A stretch of DNA of 64,000 bases from a virus: IMG/VR virus record IMGVR_UViG_3300028027_000054, positions 15,807 to 79,806 of that record; one strand, 5' to 3'. The translations under genes and the position numbers were made by a program. Below are positions 28,856 through 39,086 of this stretch, piece after piece (within the stretch, counting starts at the first letter, position 1; each line of letters opens with the position of its first letter). The notes beneath the pieces are model-generated. The model searched no databases, was not told the DNA's origin, and was given only the letters and a program-made list of their open reading frames with translations.

Positions 28856-29186
28856 ACTTTTCCATTAAGTGCTTATCTATCACTTCAGTAACTTCTTCCA
28901 TCATGTGGACTGGCAGACTAAACAGTTGTTCTGTCAACACCATGACATAGACCAAGTCTACTTTATCGAGATCTGATTTGATCTTAAGAACCTGGTCACT
29001 GTCACCTAACAGGTCACAGATGTGGTTGATGGCTGACCTGGCCTTAGTTACTGCGTTATTAATGGCATACTTCTGTTTCTGAGAAGTACTTGCCCTGGCA
29101 TACTCTAGTCTGATTTCTATGCATTTCAAATGCTGCATGAGGTTTGTAACCAATTCCCCAACTGTTTCTTTCTTCAATTCCGACAT
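28824..29186 (-). CDS. Hypothetical protein
   Basis: 120-aa helical ORF. Confidence 0.55.
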   Translation of the reverse strand: MSELKKETVGELVTNLMQHLKCIEIRLEYARASTSQKQKYAINNAVTKARSAINHICDLLGDSDQVLKIKSDLDKVDLVYVMVLTEQLFSLPVHMMEEVTEVIDKHLMEKYGPDPEHKQV

Positions 29187-29197
29187 ACCATACAGAA

Positions 29198-29231
29198 ATA
29201 AAAGGGAGCAGATCTGTGTAGACCTGCTCCC
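29198..29231 (-). terminator. Intrinsic terminator
   Basis: GGGAGCAG...CTGCTCCC hairpin followed by a T-rich tract on the - strand. Confidence 0.65.
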
Positions 29232-29238
29232 GTAATGA

Positions 29239-30090
29239 TTATAGAAATGTTACTCCAAAAGCTCCTGCGGACTCCAGCTCAAACTCTGGCTCTTCCTCGT
29301 AGCTGCTTAAGACCCTGGCTTCTTCCGTAAACTCAATCTGATCCATGTGGTCTACAAGCTTAGACGGCGTCTGCAACTGACCGTATTGGTTGATAAAGAA
29401 ATGATGCAGGGCCTCGTGGTCACTCAGGTAGGTGTTTGGGTGAGACTCCTTCAGTGCATAGGTGACATGGTTGTACATGGCCCAGGCAGAGTTGGGGTCA
29501 CAGTTGTAATTGTAAGAAGGTTTGTCCATCTCACGTTTTACAATACCCACCTGTGTGAGGGTCAGGATCTCCTGCTCAGCAAACAAGAGTCCGAGGATCG
29601 TACCTTTCTCCCGGGGAGTCAGTACTACGTTCTTCAGGATCTCTTTGTCTTGGACCAGGGTGTCAAAATACTGCTTGGCATTTTTGATCTGGTCATCAAT
29701 CTTTAAAGAAGCTTCATAGAGGGCAGAGCCTGTATGCTTACGAACAAAGCTGGACATGTCACCACGTACCACGCCGTTCATACATACAAACACGTGTCCG
29801 CCAATGGCACACTTGAACTTCATGCTCTTGTTGTAAGAGTTGGACCAGGCAAACATCAGTCCCATATCCGGGTCGTTGCCATACTCTAAATGATAAATGC
29901 CCTGGGCCACTTGGCCGTCCAGGGTAGTCTTGTACTGCTCAGACCTCAGGCTGAAGCCAGCAGAAAGAAAAGCCTTCTTGGTCTCGTCAATAGCGTGACC
30001 ATGAGGAATTACGGTGTAGGACTTTCCGTGCTGAGGCAGCTCCACGTTACGTACGTGAGCCTCAGATACCAATGCTGTTTTAACAGGCAT
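29239..30090 (-). CDS. DUF932-like protein
   Basis: NSYNKS ... VFVCMNG ... RKHTG ... WAMYNHVT pattern. Confidence 0.65.
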   Translation of the reverse strand: MPVKTALVSEAHVRNVELPQHGKSYTVIPHGHAIDETKKAFLSAGFSLRSEQYKTTLDGQVAQGIYHLEYGNDPDMGLMFAWSNSYNKSMKFKCAIGGHVFVCMNGVVRGDMSSFVRKHTGSALYEASLKIDDQIKNAKQYFDTLVQDKEILKNVVLTPREKGTILGLLFAEQEILTLTQVGIVKREMDKPSYNYNCDPNSAWAMYNHVTYALKESHPNTYLSDHEALHHFFINQYGQLQTPSKLVDHMDQIEFTEEARVLSSYEEEPEFELESAGAFGVTFL

Positions 30091-30100
30091 ACGTTTGGTT

Positions 30101-32146
30101 TTAAAAAAGTAATAATTGTGTAAATGCTTTGGGCTTGTATATCTCTATGCCCTCTATCTGTTTGTTGATCTCATCCAGATAGTAACTGTAGTTGATATCG
30201 TAGTTCTCTATAGGTACGGCAGGATCTATTTGGTTGACTACGGTTTGTAGCCAGCTGCCAGATTCTACCTGTATCTCCCGTCCGTCGGGATGACACTTGA
30301 CGATCTTACCGCGATTGTTGGATACATAATATCGTACGATCTTCTGAAGCTTGTTGACCTTCAGGGTTCCCATGTCTACATACCGTTCTTCATAATACCA
30401 GGCACCCTTGGATTTGACACCGGCACAATAGTCCATGACCTCTTTGTTACATTCAACAAAGACATCAGGATGTATGCCGTTGACAAAATAAGCATGGATG
30501 GCTTTGGGTATAATGAGGAAACTCTTGTTCTTGTGAAGGGTAGCTACCTTCTTTTTATAAAGGTCTTCCCATTCAAAAGCACCTTTGCACTTGACCGGGG
30601 TGTAGTAATAATCGTCACCTGATTGCCTGAACTTGTAAGAGATATTCTTCTGCAGTTTCTTCCAGACCTGCTCAGCACTCAGACCTTCTTTAGGGTCTGC
30701 CTTTGCTTTACGTTCTGTAAAGATGGCTATGTAGTTATTGACATCCCGGATGATCATCTTTTGGTACTCGTCATGCTCCAGGGATAACTGGGTCAGCTTT
30801 TCCCACTGGGAACAAACCTTCATGTAGGTTTCTACCTGGCTATTGGGGATCATCATTTCCAGGCCGTCCGTGTTCTGCATCAGTGGGATTCCTTCTGGTA
30901 TGGCCAGGGACAGCATCTCATACAGCATGGACAGCAGGAGCTGACCGTTCACCGTGATCTGCATGGTCATCCTGGGATCATAGAGAAACGAGTTCTCGTC
31001 ACCGGTGAGACCATAGGTTGAGTTCAGGATAATCTTGTACACGTAGTTCTTGGGATCAGACTTTGGGATCTTCTTACGTTCCTCAAAGAACCACTCGTAC
31101 AGGTCCAGGAACTCTTTCTTAGGCAGATGACCGGGATGAAAGCCATTTTTAATGGCCAGGTTCGGATAAAAACTGGTTACGTCAGAGGTGAGTATGGTCC
31201 AACCAGGTTGAGCCTCATATACACCAGCTGCTGTTGCACCATGAATGCCACCCAGTCCGTAGTCTGTCTTCACACCCTTGTAGTCCAGACGAAACTTAAA
31301 GCCGTCTTTGGTAGAAGTGATGACTGTCTTACGGAAAAAATCCAGGGTCTTTTGAAACTCCGGGGTTTGGAACTGGACATAGGGTAATATGACATCTCCA
31401 AGCACAATGTGTGTATGCGGAGTACGCATCCGTTTGAGTTCTGCTTTTTCTATGCCGGTCTTCTTCTGCAGAAAATACAGGAAGAGTTCTTTAGATATCC
31501 TTGGCTCTGACGCTGAATAGAGATCTATGTCATATTCTTTTGTCAGGACCTGCCTGAGCTTGATCTGTTCTTTACTGTGTTCCAGGATCTGCTGGGTAGA
31601 GAGTACGTCATTGATGCAATAGGTTATTACATCTTGCAACGTATTAGCATCTGTCACGGGTTTAGTATGATGATGCGGCATCTCTTCTACGTTGTCCCAG
31701 TCCATGGCATATTGAATCCACTTTAGAGAACTCATCTTAGCCCTGTTGTCCCAGTGGTTCAGCTTGAATAGATCAATCTGCCTGATAGAAAGCTTGAAAG
31801 GTGGATATTCCACAAACTCTCCCCTGTCTTTACGGGAGATGATGTCCTGGGCATACGCATAAAGCTTACCGGCAATCTCTTCTCCTGGTAACCTGGACAT
31901 GCTGCCGTGCTTACGGATCACATGTTCTGTGATCTGAGAGTCAAATTCCAGTCCGTTGTAAGAGATGTGCCACTGCTTTTGAGTCTTGCACTCGTTTAGA
32001 AACTTTACAAACTCAGGAAAGTCATTCTGGTCTTTGTTGACCACGAAGATCTTCCTGACGTACTCGTCTTTGTAGTGTTGAAAGACTGCCACGAAACAGT
32101 TGACAATCGTCTCGTAGTCCATTACCCAATGTGTAGCTTGTTGCAT
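30101..32146 (-). CDS. Family B DNA polymerase
   Basis: ExoI DYE, ExoII YNGLEFD, ExoIII YCIND; motif A DVTSFYPN, motif B KIILNSTYG, motif C QNTDG. Confidence 0.93.
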   Translation of the reverse strand: MQQATHWVMDYETIVNCFVAVFQHYKDEYVRKIFVVNKDQNDFPEFVKFLNECKTQKQWHISYNGLEFDSQITEHVIRKHGSMSRLPGEEIAGKLYAYAQDIISRKDRGEFVEYPPFKLSIRQIDLFKLNHWDNRAKMSSLKWIQYAMDWDNVEEMPHHHTKPVTDANTLQDVITYCINDVLSTQQILEHSKEQIKLRQVLTKEYDIDLYSASEPRISKELFLYFLQKKTGIEKAELKRMRTPHTHIVLGDVILPYVQFQTPEFQKTLDFFRKTVITSTKDGFKFRLDYKGVKTDYGLGGIHGATAAGVYEAQPGWTILTSDVTSFYPNLAIKNGFHPGHLPKKEFLDLYEWFFEERKKIPKSDPKNYVYKIILNSTYGLTGDENSFLYDPRMTMQITVNGQLLLSMLYEMLSLAIPEGIPLMQNTDGLEMMIPNSQVETYMKVCSQWEKLTQLSLEHDEYQKMIIRDVNNYIAIFTERKAKADPKEGLSAEQVWKKLQKNISYKFRQSGDDYYYTPVKCKGAFEWEDLYKKKVATLHKNKSFLIIPKAIHAYFVNGIHPDVFVECNKEVMDYCAGVKSKGAWYYEERYVDMGTLKVNKLQKIVRYYVSNNRGKIVKCHPDGREIQVESGSWLQTVVNQIDPAVPIENYDINYSYYLDEINKQIEGIEIYKPKAFTQLLLF

Positions 32147-32193
32147 AGTGTACGTTGTTCAGTTCAGCTGTCCCCCCTTTTCTGTTATAGGCT

Positions 32194-32219
32194 AAAAAAA
32201 AGGCAGATAAACTGCCTTC
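32194..32219 (-). terminator. Intrinsic terminator
   Basis: AAGGCAG-ataaa-CTGCCTT hairpin with an A tract on its left. Confidence 0.6.
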
Positions 32220-32243
32220 TTATTAGAAAATCACAGGGTGTAG

Positions 32244-32651
32244 TTAGATGGTGATCAGACTTGACGCTGCTTCTGTTTTTACAGGAGCTGCATTGATGTA
32301 CTGATTGTAATCAAAAGTGTCTGCGTTGATAGCCAACATGTTGATCAGATTTTTAACTTCATCTGCGTTATCCAGATAGTACTCGTAGTACGTCTCTATA
32401 GTCTTACGCTCTTCTTGGTATTCTTTACCATTGGTACGGCGTCCGATCTTCATGGGTTTAAAGTCTCCAAAGTCATCTATCTTAGGCACCATGTGCATGC
32501 TCTGCTTCTTTTCCTTGCCAATCAGAGCAAGTACTTTAGCGTCCAAGTCATAGATACCTTCGTTATAAGGACTTTCAGGGGTAACCGGAATAAGCTTGAA
32601 AGTGCGTTTCTGCTCCCATGCTCCGGTTACTAACATCATTGATTTATTCAT
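32244..32651 (-). CDS. Hypothetical replication-module protein
   Basis: 135-aa ORF upstream of PolB. Confidence 0.6.
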   Translation of the reverse strand: MNKSMMLVTGAWEQKRTFKLIPVTPESPYNEGIYDLDAKVLALIGKEKKQSMHMVPKIDDFGDFKPMKIGRRTNGKEYQEERKTIETYYEYYLDNADEVKNLINMLAINADTFDYNQYINAAPVKTEAASSLITI

Positions 32652-32675
32652 GGTTTGTATAATTAAGTCTACAAA

Positions 32676-33236
32676 TTAAAGAACTTTCTTCAAGTTCTCC
32701 AAAACTTCTACAGGAATTTTCAAGGTTTCTTTCTCCAGATCACAGGGATCACAGAGTTCTCCTACTTGTTTTAACATGTCTACACTGACGTTCAGCAGTT
32801 TAGCATATACATCGTAGTACTTCTCTGGTTGCATGAATGACTCCATGTACTTGTACTCTACACTACTTTCTCCATAGAAAAGCTTTACAGCTTTGCGTAA
32901 TGGATTGGAGAGCTTGGAATACTTACCCATGATGAAATTGAACCAGTCGTTCTGGTATCCTGAAAAGTCAAACAGGTACAGGTTGTACTCTTGTATATGC
33001 ACGGTGCTGAAGTACAGCGGATTGGAGATCAGCATCTGCTCTTCAAAACTTTTAAACCCTTCGGACAGGTCTTCCCGAAAGCTGCAGATCAGTTTCATTT
33101 CTTCCGGACCTACCAGCCCGTCAAGAGCTATGTAGGTACCGGAAGGTGAATGATGAGCTGTACGCTTTATACCCATTGCGGGATAGAGAAATGACCTGGA
33201 TTTCTGAAAGTACTTGGTATATAAGCTGTCAATCAT
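32676..33236 (-). CDS. Hypothetical protein
   Basis: 186-aa ORF between the nuclease and PolB. Confidence 0.6.
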   Translation of the reverse strand: MIDSLYTKYFQKSRSFLYPAMGIKRTAHHSPSGTYIALDGLVGPEEMKLICSFREDLSEGFKSFEEQMLISNPLYFSTVHIQEYNLYLFDFSGYQNDWFNFIMGKYSKLSNPLRKAVKLFYGESSVEYKYMESFMQPEKYYDVYAKLLNVSVDMLKQVGELCDPCDLEKETLKIPVEVLENLKKVL

Positions 33237-33247
33237 TATGATAATAC

Positions 33248-34285
33248 TTATAGAGCCATTAATCCCTTAGCAAACTGATAAGGAAGATCATAGCTCCGGT
33301 TTGTGTAATGCCAGTCTGCTATCTCTATAACTTCTTTGAACTTGTCCAGCCACTTATCCATTGTCCCTTCTGTCACCGGAAACGCATAAGCCTGGAAAGC
33401 TCTGTCTATAACTACAAAGTGGAACTTCAGCTGGTATCCTGCTCCGACCAGGTCAGCATATTGTATACTTACTGCAGACAAGTAGACTACGGCCTGTAAC
33501 CAATAAGAATAGTATTCTACGGTTTCAGGGAAGTCTTTCAGGTCTTTAGCTGTGGTCTTGATGTCATTGACAAAGATGGTCCTGGCATCATGGTCAATCA
33601 CCAGGTTATCTATGATGCCTTTGAGCCCATAGATCTTACCGGTAATGTCCAGCTGGAATGCATGCTCGTTCAAAACTTCTTTGTTGTCAAAGTCAGTAGA
33701 GTTGCAGCAGATCAGTTTACAGAGATCCTGGTTGGTCTTGATCATGTCCACGGCGTTCTTACAGTAATCATAAGTCTCCTGGTCGATCAGGGTTTTGTTA
33801 CCCTTCATCTTTAGAAAATTCCAGTAGTTATATGCTTCTGTAGTGAGGACCTTATCAAGACGCTGCTGATCGGTCTTCAGACTCTGGTGATAGTTCATCT
33901 CTTTCATGACATCAATCACAGTGTCCGGGTACTCGTCCAACTTTTGACGGTCATCACCCTGCTTAACCAACTGGTTGTGGTGATAGAATACTCTATCCAG
34001 CACAGTACGTAGGTTACCGGTAGGCAGATTAGCTGGGGAGATCATAAAGATCTCATTGAACTTCTCTTCCTCTAAAAGCAAAGCATGGATAGCTTTACCC
34101 TGTACCAGGTGAGCATCAAGCCTTTCTTCTTTCATACCCAGGATATACATCTGGTGAAAGACAGCAGGATTCCACAACAGTTTGTTTAAACTGCTGTAAC
34201 TGAAATAGAACTTCTTTTTATAAAAGTCAGTCTCTAAATGCTTGACCGACTCTTCCATCAGGTCTTCAAAATGCGTATCAATCAT
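33248..34285 (-). CDS. PD-(D/E)xK exonuclease (Cas4/RecB-like)
   Basis: SYSSL ... GKAIH ... KGIIDNL ... NDIKTT ... YWLQAVVY. Confidence 0.85.
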   Translation of the reverse strand: MIDTHFEDLMEESVKHLETDFYKKKFYFSYSSLNKLLWNPAVFHQMYILGMKEERLDAHLVQGKAIHALLLEEEKFNEIFMISPANLPTGNLRTVLDRVFYHHNQLVKQGDDRQKLDEYPDTVIDVMKEMNYHQSLKTDQQRLDKVLTTEAYNYWNFLKMKGNKTLIDQETYDYCKNAVDMIKTNQDLCKLICCNSTDFDNKEVLNEHAFQLDITGKIYGLKGIIDNLVIDHDARTIFVNDIKTTAKDLKDFPETVEYYSYWLQAVVYLSAVSIQYADLVGAGYQLKFHFVVIDRAFQAYAFPVTEGTMDKWLDKFKEVIEIADWHYTNRSYDLPYQFAKGLMAL

Positions 34286-34725
34286 GGGGTTTTGATTTTA
34301 GATGTCCAGGCGTTCATAGCCCGGTCACCATTAGCAATAGCACAACTTCTGCAGAGAACAGAAACCCAGCCGGATGTTACTCCCAGGTCTTGTTCTGATC
34401 CGCATTCCTGGCAGGTGTAATTACACATATGTTCAGCCATGCTGATCATACCTTCTACAATGTCGTCGTGACCATTGGTATAAAACCTTAGTCCTCCGAA
34501 CTTCTCTTTCATCTGTACACAAGTGACCTGCTCAGGAGTGAGCGGTCCATGCTTGCTGTACCGTGTTGTCTTATCTATATAGTTTTGTATAGACCCACAT
34601 AACTTGTCTATAATAGATAGCCAACCTGTGGGTGCATCTTGCCAATTACACTGTCCAGGATTACCTTCGTAGTCCTGGAAGATCTTGGGATACTTCTGTA
34701 TCAGTTCTTCTGTGGTGATTCCCAT
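34282..34725 (-). CDS. Hypothetical phage protein with zinc ribbon
   Basis: QMKEKFGGLRFY ... TCQECG ... GWVSVLC..C. Confidence 0.65.
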   Translation of the reverse strand: MGITTEELIQKYPKIFQDYEGNPGQCNWQDAPTGWLSIIDKLCGSIQNYIDKTTRYSKHGPLTPEQVTCVQMKEKFGGLRFYTNGHDDIVEGMISMAEHMCNYTCQECGSEQDLGVTSGWVSVLCRSCAIANGDRAMNAWTSKIKTP

Positions 34726-35674
34726 ATACCTTCTTTTTCTAAGAATGTGCGGATACGAGTAGAGGTCATGCGGTCCATAGTCAGAGCCTCTAAAAATTCA
34801 ATAAACCCATAGAGCTGATCTACTTTCTTATTGGCTTTGTCCAGCTCGTGGATATAGAAATCAGCATCATCATGCATGGCTTCATCATATCTCTGTTGAT
34901 AATCCACAGCAGCGTCTATAGCTTCTACTGAAAACAATGGGTCTAGCATAGTCATCTACTTTTTAAGTTTTTCCAGTGTTAATCTCATCTCAGCCAGAAC
35001 TTTGCGGTTCATTTGGTGAGTGCTACTCGGATCTGCGTCCAGCTCAGAAAGGGTCTTGTATCTTTCTTTGAGCCTGACTCGTTCTACGTTATTGTTTTCC
35101 AGTGCGTTGGCAACTCTTTCCAGTTGCTTAGCTATCTCTGGTAGTGTATGCTCTATAAGTCTTCGACCCATGATGGTCTCGTGTAACTCTGGCATAGATC
35201 AGGGCTTTAAGGGGTGAGTGCCATCTTCATTAAGAGGTAACTCTTCAATGTCATCGTACAGTATCTGCATAGCTCCAAGGTTTTGCTCACAGAGTTCTGC
35301 ATCAAGAGCTTGGATGATTACACCTTGACCGTCATCAGTCTGTTTGATTTCTATGTCAAGTTTTCCTATACGAACCCAGACTGTACCAGAGTCAGAGTTC
35401 ATGATGACTTTCATGTCATTTCTTAAGTCGTTATACTCTGTAATCTCAAATGGTAGGTATTCCATTACAGGGAGTTTATAAGGTTAATAACATCCGCCTG
35501 TGTATTAGGCTTAACTACATGTACAAGGCCATCTTCTTCTGCCCTGATCAACCATACATTAGGGTCACTGGACAGTTCACGTACTTTTTTCTGAGCAGCA
35601 CTGAAGCTGCTACAAGCGTGTTGATAGGGCATGTTGTCGGCCCTAGTAATCCACTTGATTAAATAGATAGTCAT
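34701..35674 (-). CDS. Four small hypothetical ORFs (34701-34955, 34956-35195, 35199-35465, 35465-35674)
   Basis: Tightly packed, abutting - strand ORFs. Confidence 0.5.
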
Positions 35675-36072
35675 AAATGTTTACTTGATTTTTCTTGCTG
35701 AGTTTTAATGTCATGGCAGCTCTCACAGAGAACTTGTAAGTTGCCCTGCTCACAGAAAAGACGTTCTACAAAACCAGGCAGATCGTTGGCACAGTTCAGG
35801 GAACCTGCCGGGATCATGTGGTCTACGTTGATCTTCTTTTCCGGGTGATACTTATTACAAACAGCACAGAGGTATTCAAACTTCTGACGCTTGTTTGGAC
35901 CCTTGTAAGGTCTGCGTGCCTGCATTTTTGCTTGGGTGATCGGTTTCCACCAGCGGGACTTCTGTCTAAGGGCAGAACGGATGAAACTCCAGAAGGCACT
36001 CTCGGTCATGGTGCCTGCATTACGTGTCTTGGGAACTCTGGGTTTCTTAGGGGTTGTAGTCTTCCTGGGCAT
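35671..36072 (-). CDS. HNH endonuclease-like protein
   Basis: CAVC ... VDH..P ... NLQVLCESCHDIKT. Confidence 0.8.
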   Translation of the reverse strand: MPRKTTTPKKPRVPKTRNAGTMTESAFWSFIRSALRQKSRWWKPITQAKMQARRPYKGPNKRQKFEYLCAVCNKYHPEKKINVDHMIPAGSLNCANDLPGFVERLFCEQGNLQVLCESCHDIKTQQEKSSKHL

Positions 36073-36107
36073 TTTGTAGATTAAGGTCTACAAATATACT
36101 GTAGAGC

Positions 36108-37097
36108 TCAGGAGTTGTCCAATTTTTTGTTCAACAGTGGCACTAAAGTGTGGAATACTTTCTTGGCCCCGTGTTCCTTGATAGAGTCAGAAGGGTCTTT
36201 ACTCATGACCAGGGTGACCGGGATCACTTCAGGATAGAGTTCCTGGTACCGGGCCGCTGCTTTCATACCAGGTTCGTCATAATCAAACAGGATAAGCACC
36301 TTTTGATAAGACTGCAGGTACTGCTGCATGGTCTCTTTACGAATGACGGAATTCTCAGAGTCCGGGGCAATGATGTCCACGGCTAACTTGAGACTTTTAA
36401 GAGCCATGGTGTCTTTCAGGGAGCTGGTAATGATCAGAAACTTCTGATTTTTTACCTGCTCTGATCCCTGGATATAATCTGCCACCTTAATGAACTTCTT
36501 GTCCAGGGTTTTGGGCTGATAGATCTTGTACAGGGTACCGTCCTTCTTGAAATAACCATACAGATAATTACTGCGGATGGTCAGTTCAATGGGATCTTCA
36601 TCTACCACCTCTTTAGATAGAACGTAATATTCCAGGGGTCTGACACAGTACTCGTCCAGGAGTCTAGAACCGATGTTATATTGAGTCCAGTAGTATTGGT
36701 CAGAAGTGTTCCAGGATCGGAACACGTACTGCGATACCTTATACTTACTTGCTTGCTTAAATTCCGCAACATCGTATCCACCGTTATTGTGTAAGACATA
36801 GTCATTATATTTTTCTACTACTAAAGTGCAGGTTTTATGATAAGGCAGCTGGGTAAGCTCCTTGACGAGGTCTATAGCTGAACCACCTTTGCCGCTTGAG
36901 AAATCCTTGTACCGGTAGCCGTCTTTATTGGCATCAAAGTAGATGCACATAGAGGGCGTACGCTCCTTGGCATTGAACATGCTCTTGATCTTTACATCAT
37001 GGCCGTTCAACTTTTCCTTAAGCTTACAGAAGTGTTCAAATATCCAGGGTACGGGAACATCCTTGATGTCATGTACCAAATTCTTTGTTGTAAACAT
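36108..37097 (-). CDS. DNA primase (DnaG-like, TOPRIM)
   Basis: ERTPSM..Y ... YKDFSSG N-terminal region; ITSSLKD ... APDSE ... FDYDEPG ... KDPSD. Start reassigned to 37097. Confidence 0.85.
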   Translation of the reverse strand: MFTTKNLVHDIKDVPVPWIFEHFCKLKEKLNGHDVKIKSMFNAKERTPSMCIYFDANKDGYRYKDFSSGKGGSAIDLVKELTQLPYHKTCTLVVEKYNDYVLHNNGGYDVAEFKQASKYKVSQYVFRSWNTSDQYYWTQYNIGSRLLDEYCVRPLEYYVLSKEVVDEDPIELTIRSNYLYGYFKKDGTLYKIYQPKTLDKKFIKVADYIQGSEQVKNQKFLIITSSLKDTMALKSLKLAVDIIAPDSENSVIRKETMQQYLQSYQKVLILFDYDEPGMKAAARYQELYPEVIPVTLVMSKDPSDSIKEHGAKKVFHTLVPLLNKKLDNS

Positions 37098-37108
37098 AGG
37101 TGGATGTT

Positions 37109-37140
37109 TAAAAAAAGAGGGGGAAGTAAAAACCTCCCCC
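37109..37140 (-). terminator. Intrinsic terminator
   Basis: GGGGGA...TCCCCC hairpin next to an A tract. Confidence 0.55.
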
Positions 37141-37162
37141 GGTATATGCATAAAAGGAAAGA

Positions 37163-37771
37163 TTACATGTCAAAGTCATCGTTCACCGGCTCAAAGCTTA
37201 CGACAGGCTTTGTTTCCAGTGCACGGAAATGGTACTTGTTGTTCTTGTCAAACTTGTCCAACCTGGACTCGTCAACAGAACAGAACTTGTAACGTGGGAA
37301 AGAGAGCTTTACGATGGTCTTACCGTTATACTCCTCTTCCTTACCGTTCAGGAAGAAATACATGTCATTGCCGGCAAGGATACCAATGGCTTGGTTAACC
37401 CAGTCTTCCAGAGAAGAAGCTGAGATATTATCTACAGCGTCACGCAGTCCGAGTTCTTGTGCGATCACAATGATCTTGTACATGATCTCGTTCTTGGTGG
37501 CGTTGGTTTCTGCATGCTGGTCTGTCCAGATGGTAGCTGTTACCCTGGCTGACAATCCCTGGAACTTGGGTCCTTCAGGATCGTTCTTGTCTATAGTCCA
37601 ACCTTCAAAGTGAGGAATGGCTGGTCCCTCAAGGGTAAGCTCCAGGCTTTTCTTGTCTCCGTTCTTGGAGGTTCTTACTTGTCCCGCAAAAATGTGGGCA
37701 TACACTACACCTGGTTGGAATGATTTGGAAGTTCCACCGGTTTTTACTTCTTGTCCTTTAGTACTGAACAT
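37163..37771 (-). CDS. Putative single-stranded DNA-binding protein
   Basis: Lies between the AAA ATPase and primase; acidic/aromatic C-terminal tail (NDDFDM). Confidence 0.5.
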   Translation of the reverse strand: MFSTKGQEVKTGGTSKSFQPGVVYAHIFAGQVRTSKNGDKKSLELTLEGPAIPHFEGWTIDKNDPEGPKFQGLSARVTATIWTDQHAETNATKNEIMYKIIVIAQELGLRDAVDNISASSLEDWVNQAIGILAGNDMYFFLNGKEEEYNGKTIVKLSFPRYKFCSVDESRLDKFDKNNKYHFRALETKPVVSFEPVNDDFDM

Positions 37772-37804
37772 GGCTTGTTGTTTTAAAATTAAAAAGAGTG
37801 AGGC

Positions 37805-38488
37805 TTAGTTTTCATAATCAAGTATGGCTTGTCTTACAACAGCCAGATCATTTGTAATCTCCAGGTCGGCAAACATGTCCTTAGGAGCTTTACAGGTGTT
37901 CTCACCGTTGTTCTTGGTTTCAAAAACATGGCGGATGTCTCCGTCCTTGTTTTTCTTGACCTTGCCGAACAACACAATAGAGAACAGTCCTTCTAAAGTC
38001 AGTTTCTCGTCTACCATTTTACCGATAGTCTTGGCCTTGAACTTCTTCTTGCCTTCCATGTCTGTTGACTCTTCTGCATGGGTGAGATAAAACACCATGA
38101 GTTCTTCTCTCAGGTCTTTGGGCATCCGGGCAATACGTGCTAGGTGTGCACCGATCTGGGTGAACTTCTCATAGCCCTTCTCATCTACACGATCAAAGAA
38201 CTCAAAGGCACTCATGTACTGGAAATCATCAATGATCAGATTTTTGATCTCCTTGCGTTTCTCTGATACATACTTGATACATGCCTCAATGTTCTGAGGA
38301 GAGTTGCCATAGTACATGTTGCCAGTAGGGTTGTCCTTACTCCAGATCGTGTACTTCTTTTTCCAGCCTTTGAAAGGAAGAGGTTTGTTAGCTACATTAA
38401 TGATGAACGTTTCTGCCGGATCCAGGTTCTCTATAGCGGTAGATTTTCCTGCACCGGATTCTGCAATTACAAGGATTCCTTGTGCCAT
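37805..38488 (-). CDS. AAA_24/Sak4-like ATPase
   Basis: AESGAGKST Walker A, IIDDFQY Walker B, LTH, KTIGKM. Confidence 0.8.
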   Translation of the reverse strand: MAQGILVIAESGAGKSTAIENLDPAETFIINVANKPLPFKGWKKKYTIWSKDNPTGNMYYGNSPQNIEACIKYVSEKRKEIKNLIIDDFQYMSAFEFFDRVDEKGYEKFTQIGAHLARIARMPKDLREELMVFYLTHAEESTDMEGKKKFKAKTIGKMVDEKLTLEGLFSIVLFGKVKKNKDGDIRHVFETKNNGENTCKAPKDMFADLEITNDLAVVRQAILDYEN

Positions 38489-38490
38489 AG

Positions 38491-39069
38491 TTAGAATGGT
38501 AAAGTGTGATTTAAAAGATCGTTCAGCCATGGCTTCAAGCTGACTGGCTTTCCTGTGTGAATGGCCATGAAATCCCGGATGGTCATCTCGGAATAAGGCA
38601 GGTCTGTTTCAACAGGTGCAGCGGGCTTGGAGTTAAATACCGGAGCTGGCTGAACAGGCTCTGGTTTCTTTTCTACAGGAACAGAAGAAGAAGGATTCAC
38701 TACACGTAGTTCATCTACTGGTACCAGGAATGAACCTTTCTCGTTCATCTCGTACTCTTCTTCATGGTTGTCATTACGGGCAATCCGGTATACTTTACGC
38801 TCAGACTCCAGGGGATCAAGATCCCGGGTGACCAGCTCAAAGAAAAACCCTTTGTCTTTCTTGAATTCCGATCCAAAGATGCCTACTACGTACCGTCCAT
38901 GACGATCATAAAAAGGCATTTTCATGTTGAAGTCCAGTGGAGAGACACTAAAAGCACGGATCAGGGGAGCGTGATAGTCACGGATCTGATCAAGCTTCAT
39001 CTTCTTCCACTCTTTGGGATTGCCATACTTGTCTATAGCGTCTTGCGGTAAAATGTTTACGTGGGACAT
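38491..39069 (-). CDS. Hypothetical protein
   Basis: 192-aa ORF with a C-terminal MTIRDFMAI motif. Confidence 0.6.
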   Translation of the reverse strand: MSHVNILPQDAIDKYGNPKEWKKMKLDQIRDYHAPLIRAFSVSPLDFNMKMPFYDRHGRYVVGIFGSEFKKDKGFFFELVTRDLDPLESERKVYRIARNDNHEEEYEMNEKGSFLVPVDELRVVNPSSSVPVEKKPEPVQPAPVFNSKPAAPVETDLPYSEMTIRDFMAIHTGKPVSLKPWLNDLLNHTLPF

Positions 39070-39086
39070 GTGTATGGGTTTTTTGG

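Noticed and set aside
30101-32146. Intron or intein in PolB (and in the vRNAP)
   Set aside because: Frames are continuous and no intein splice motifs or embedded homing endonuclease were recognised.
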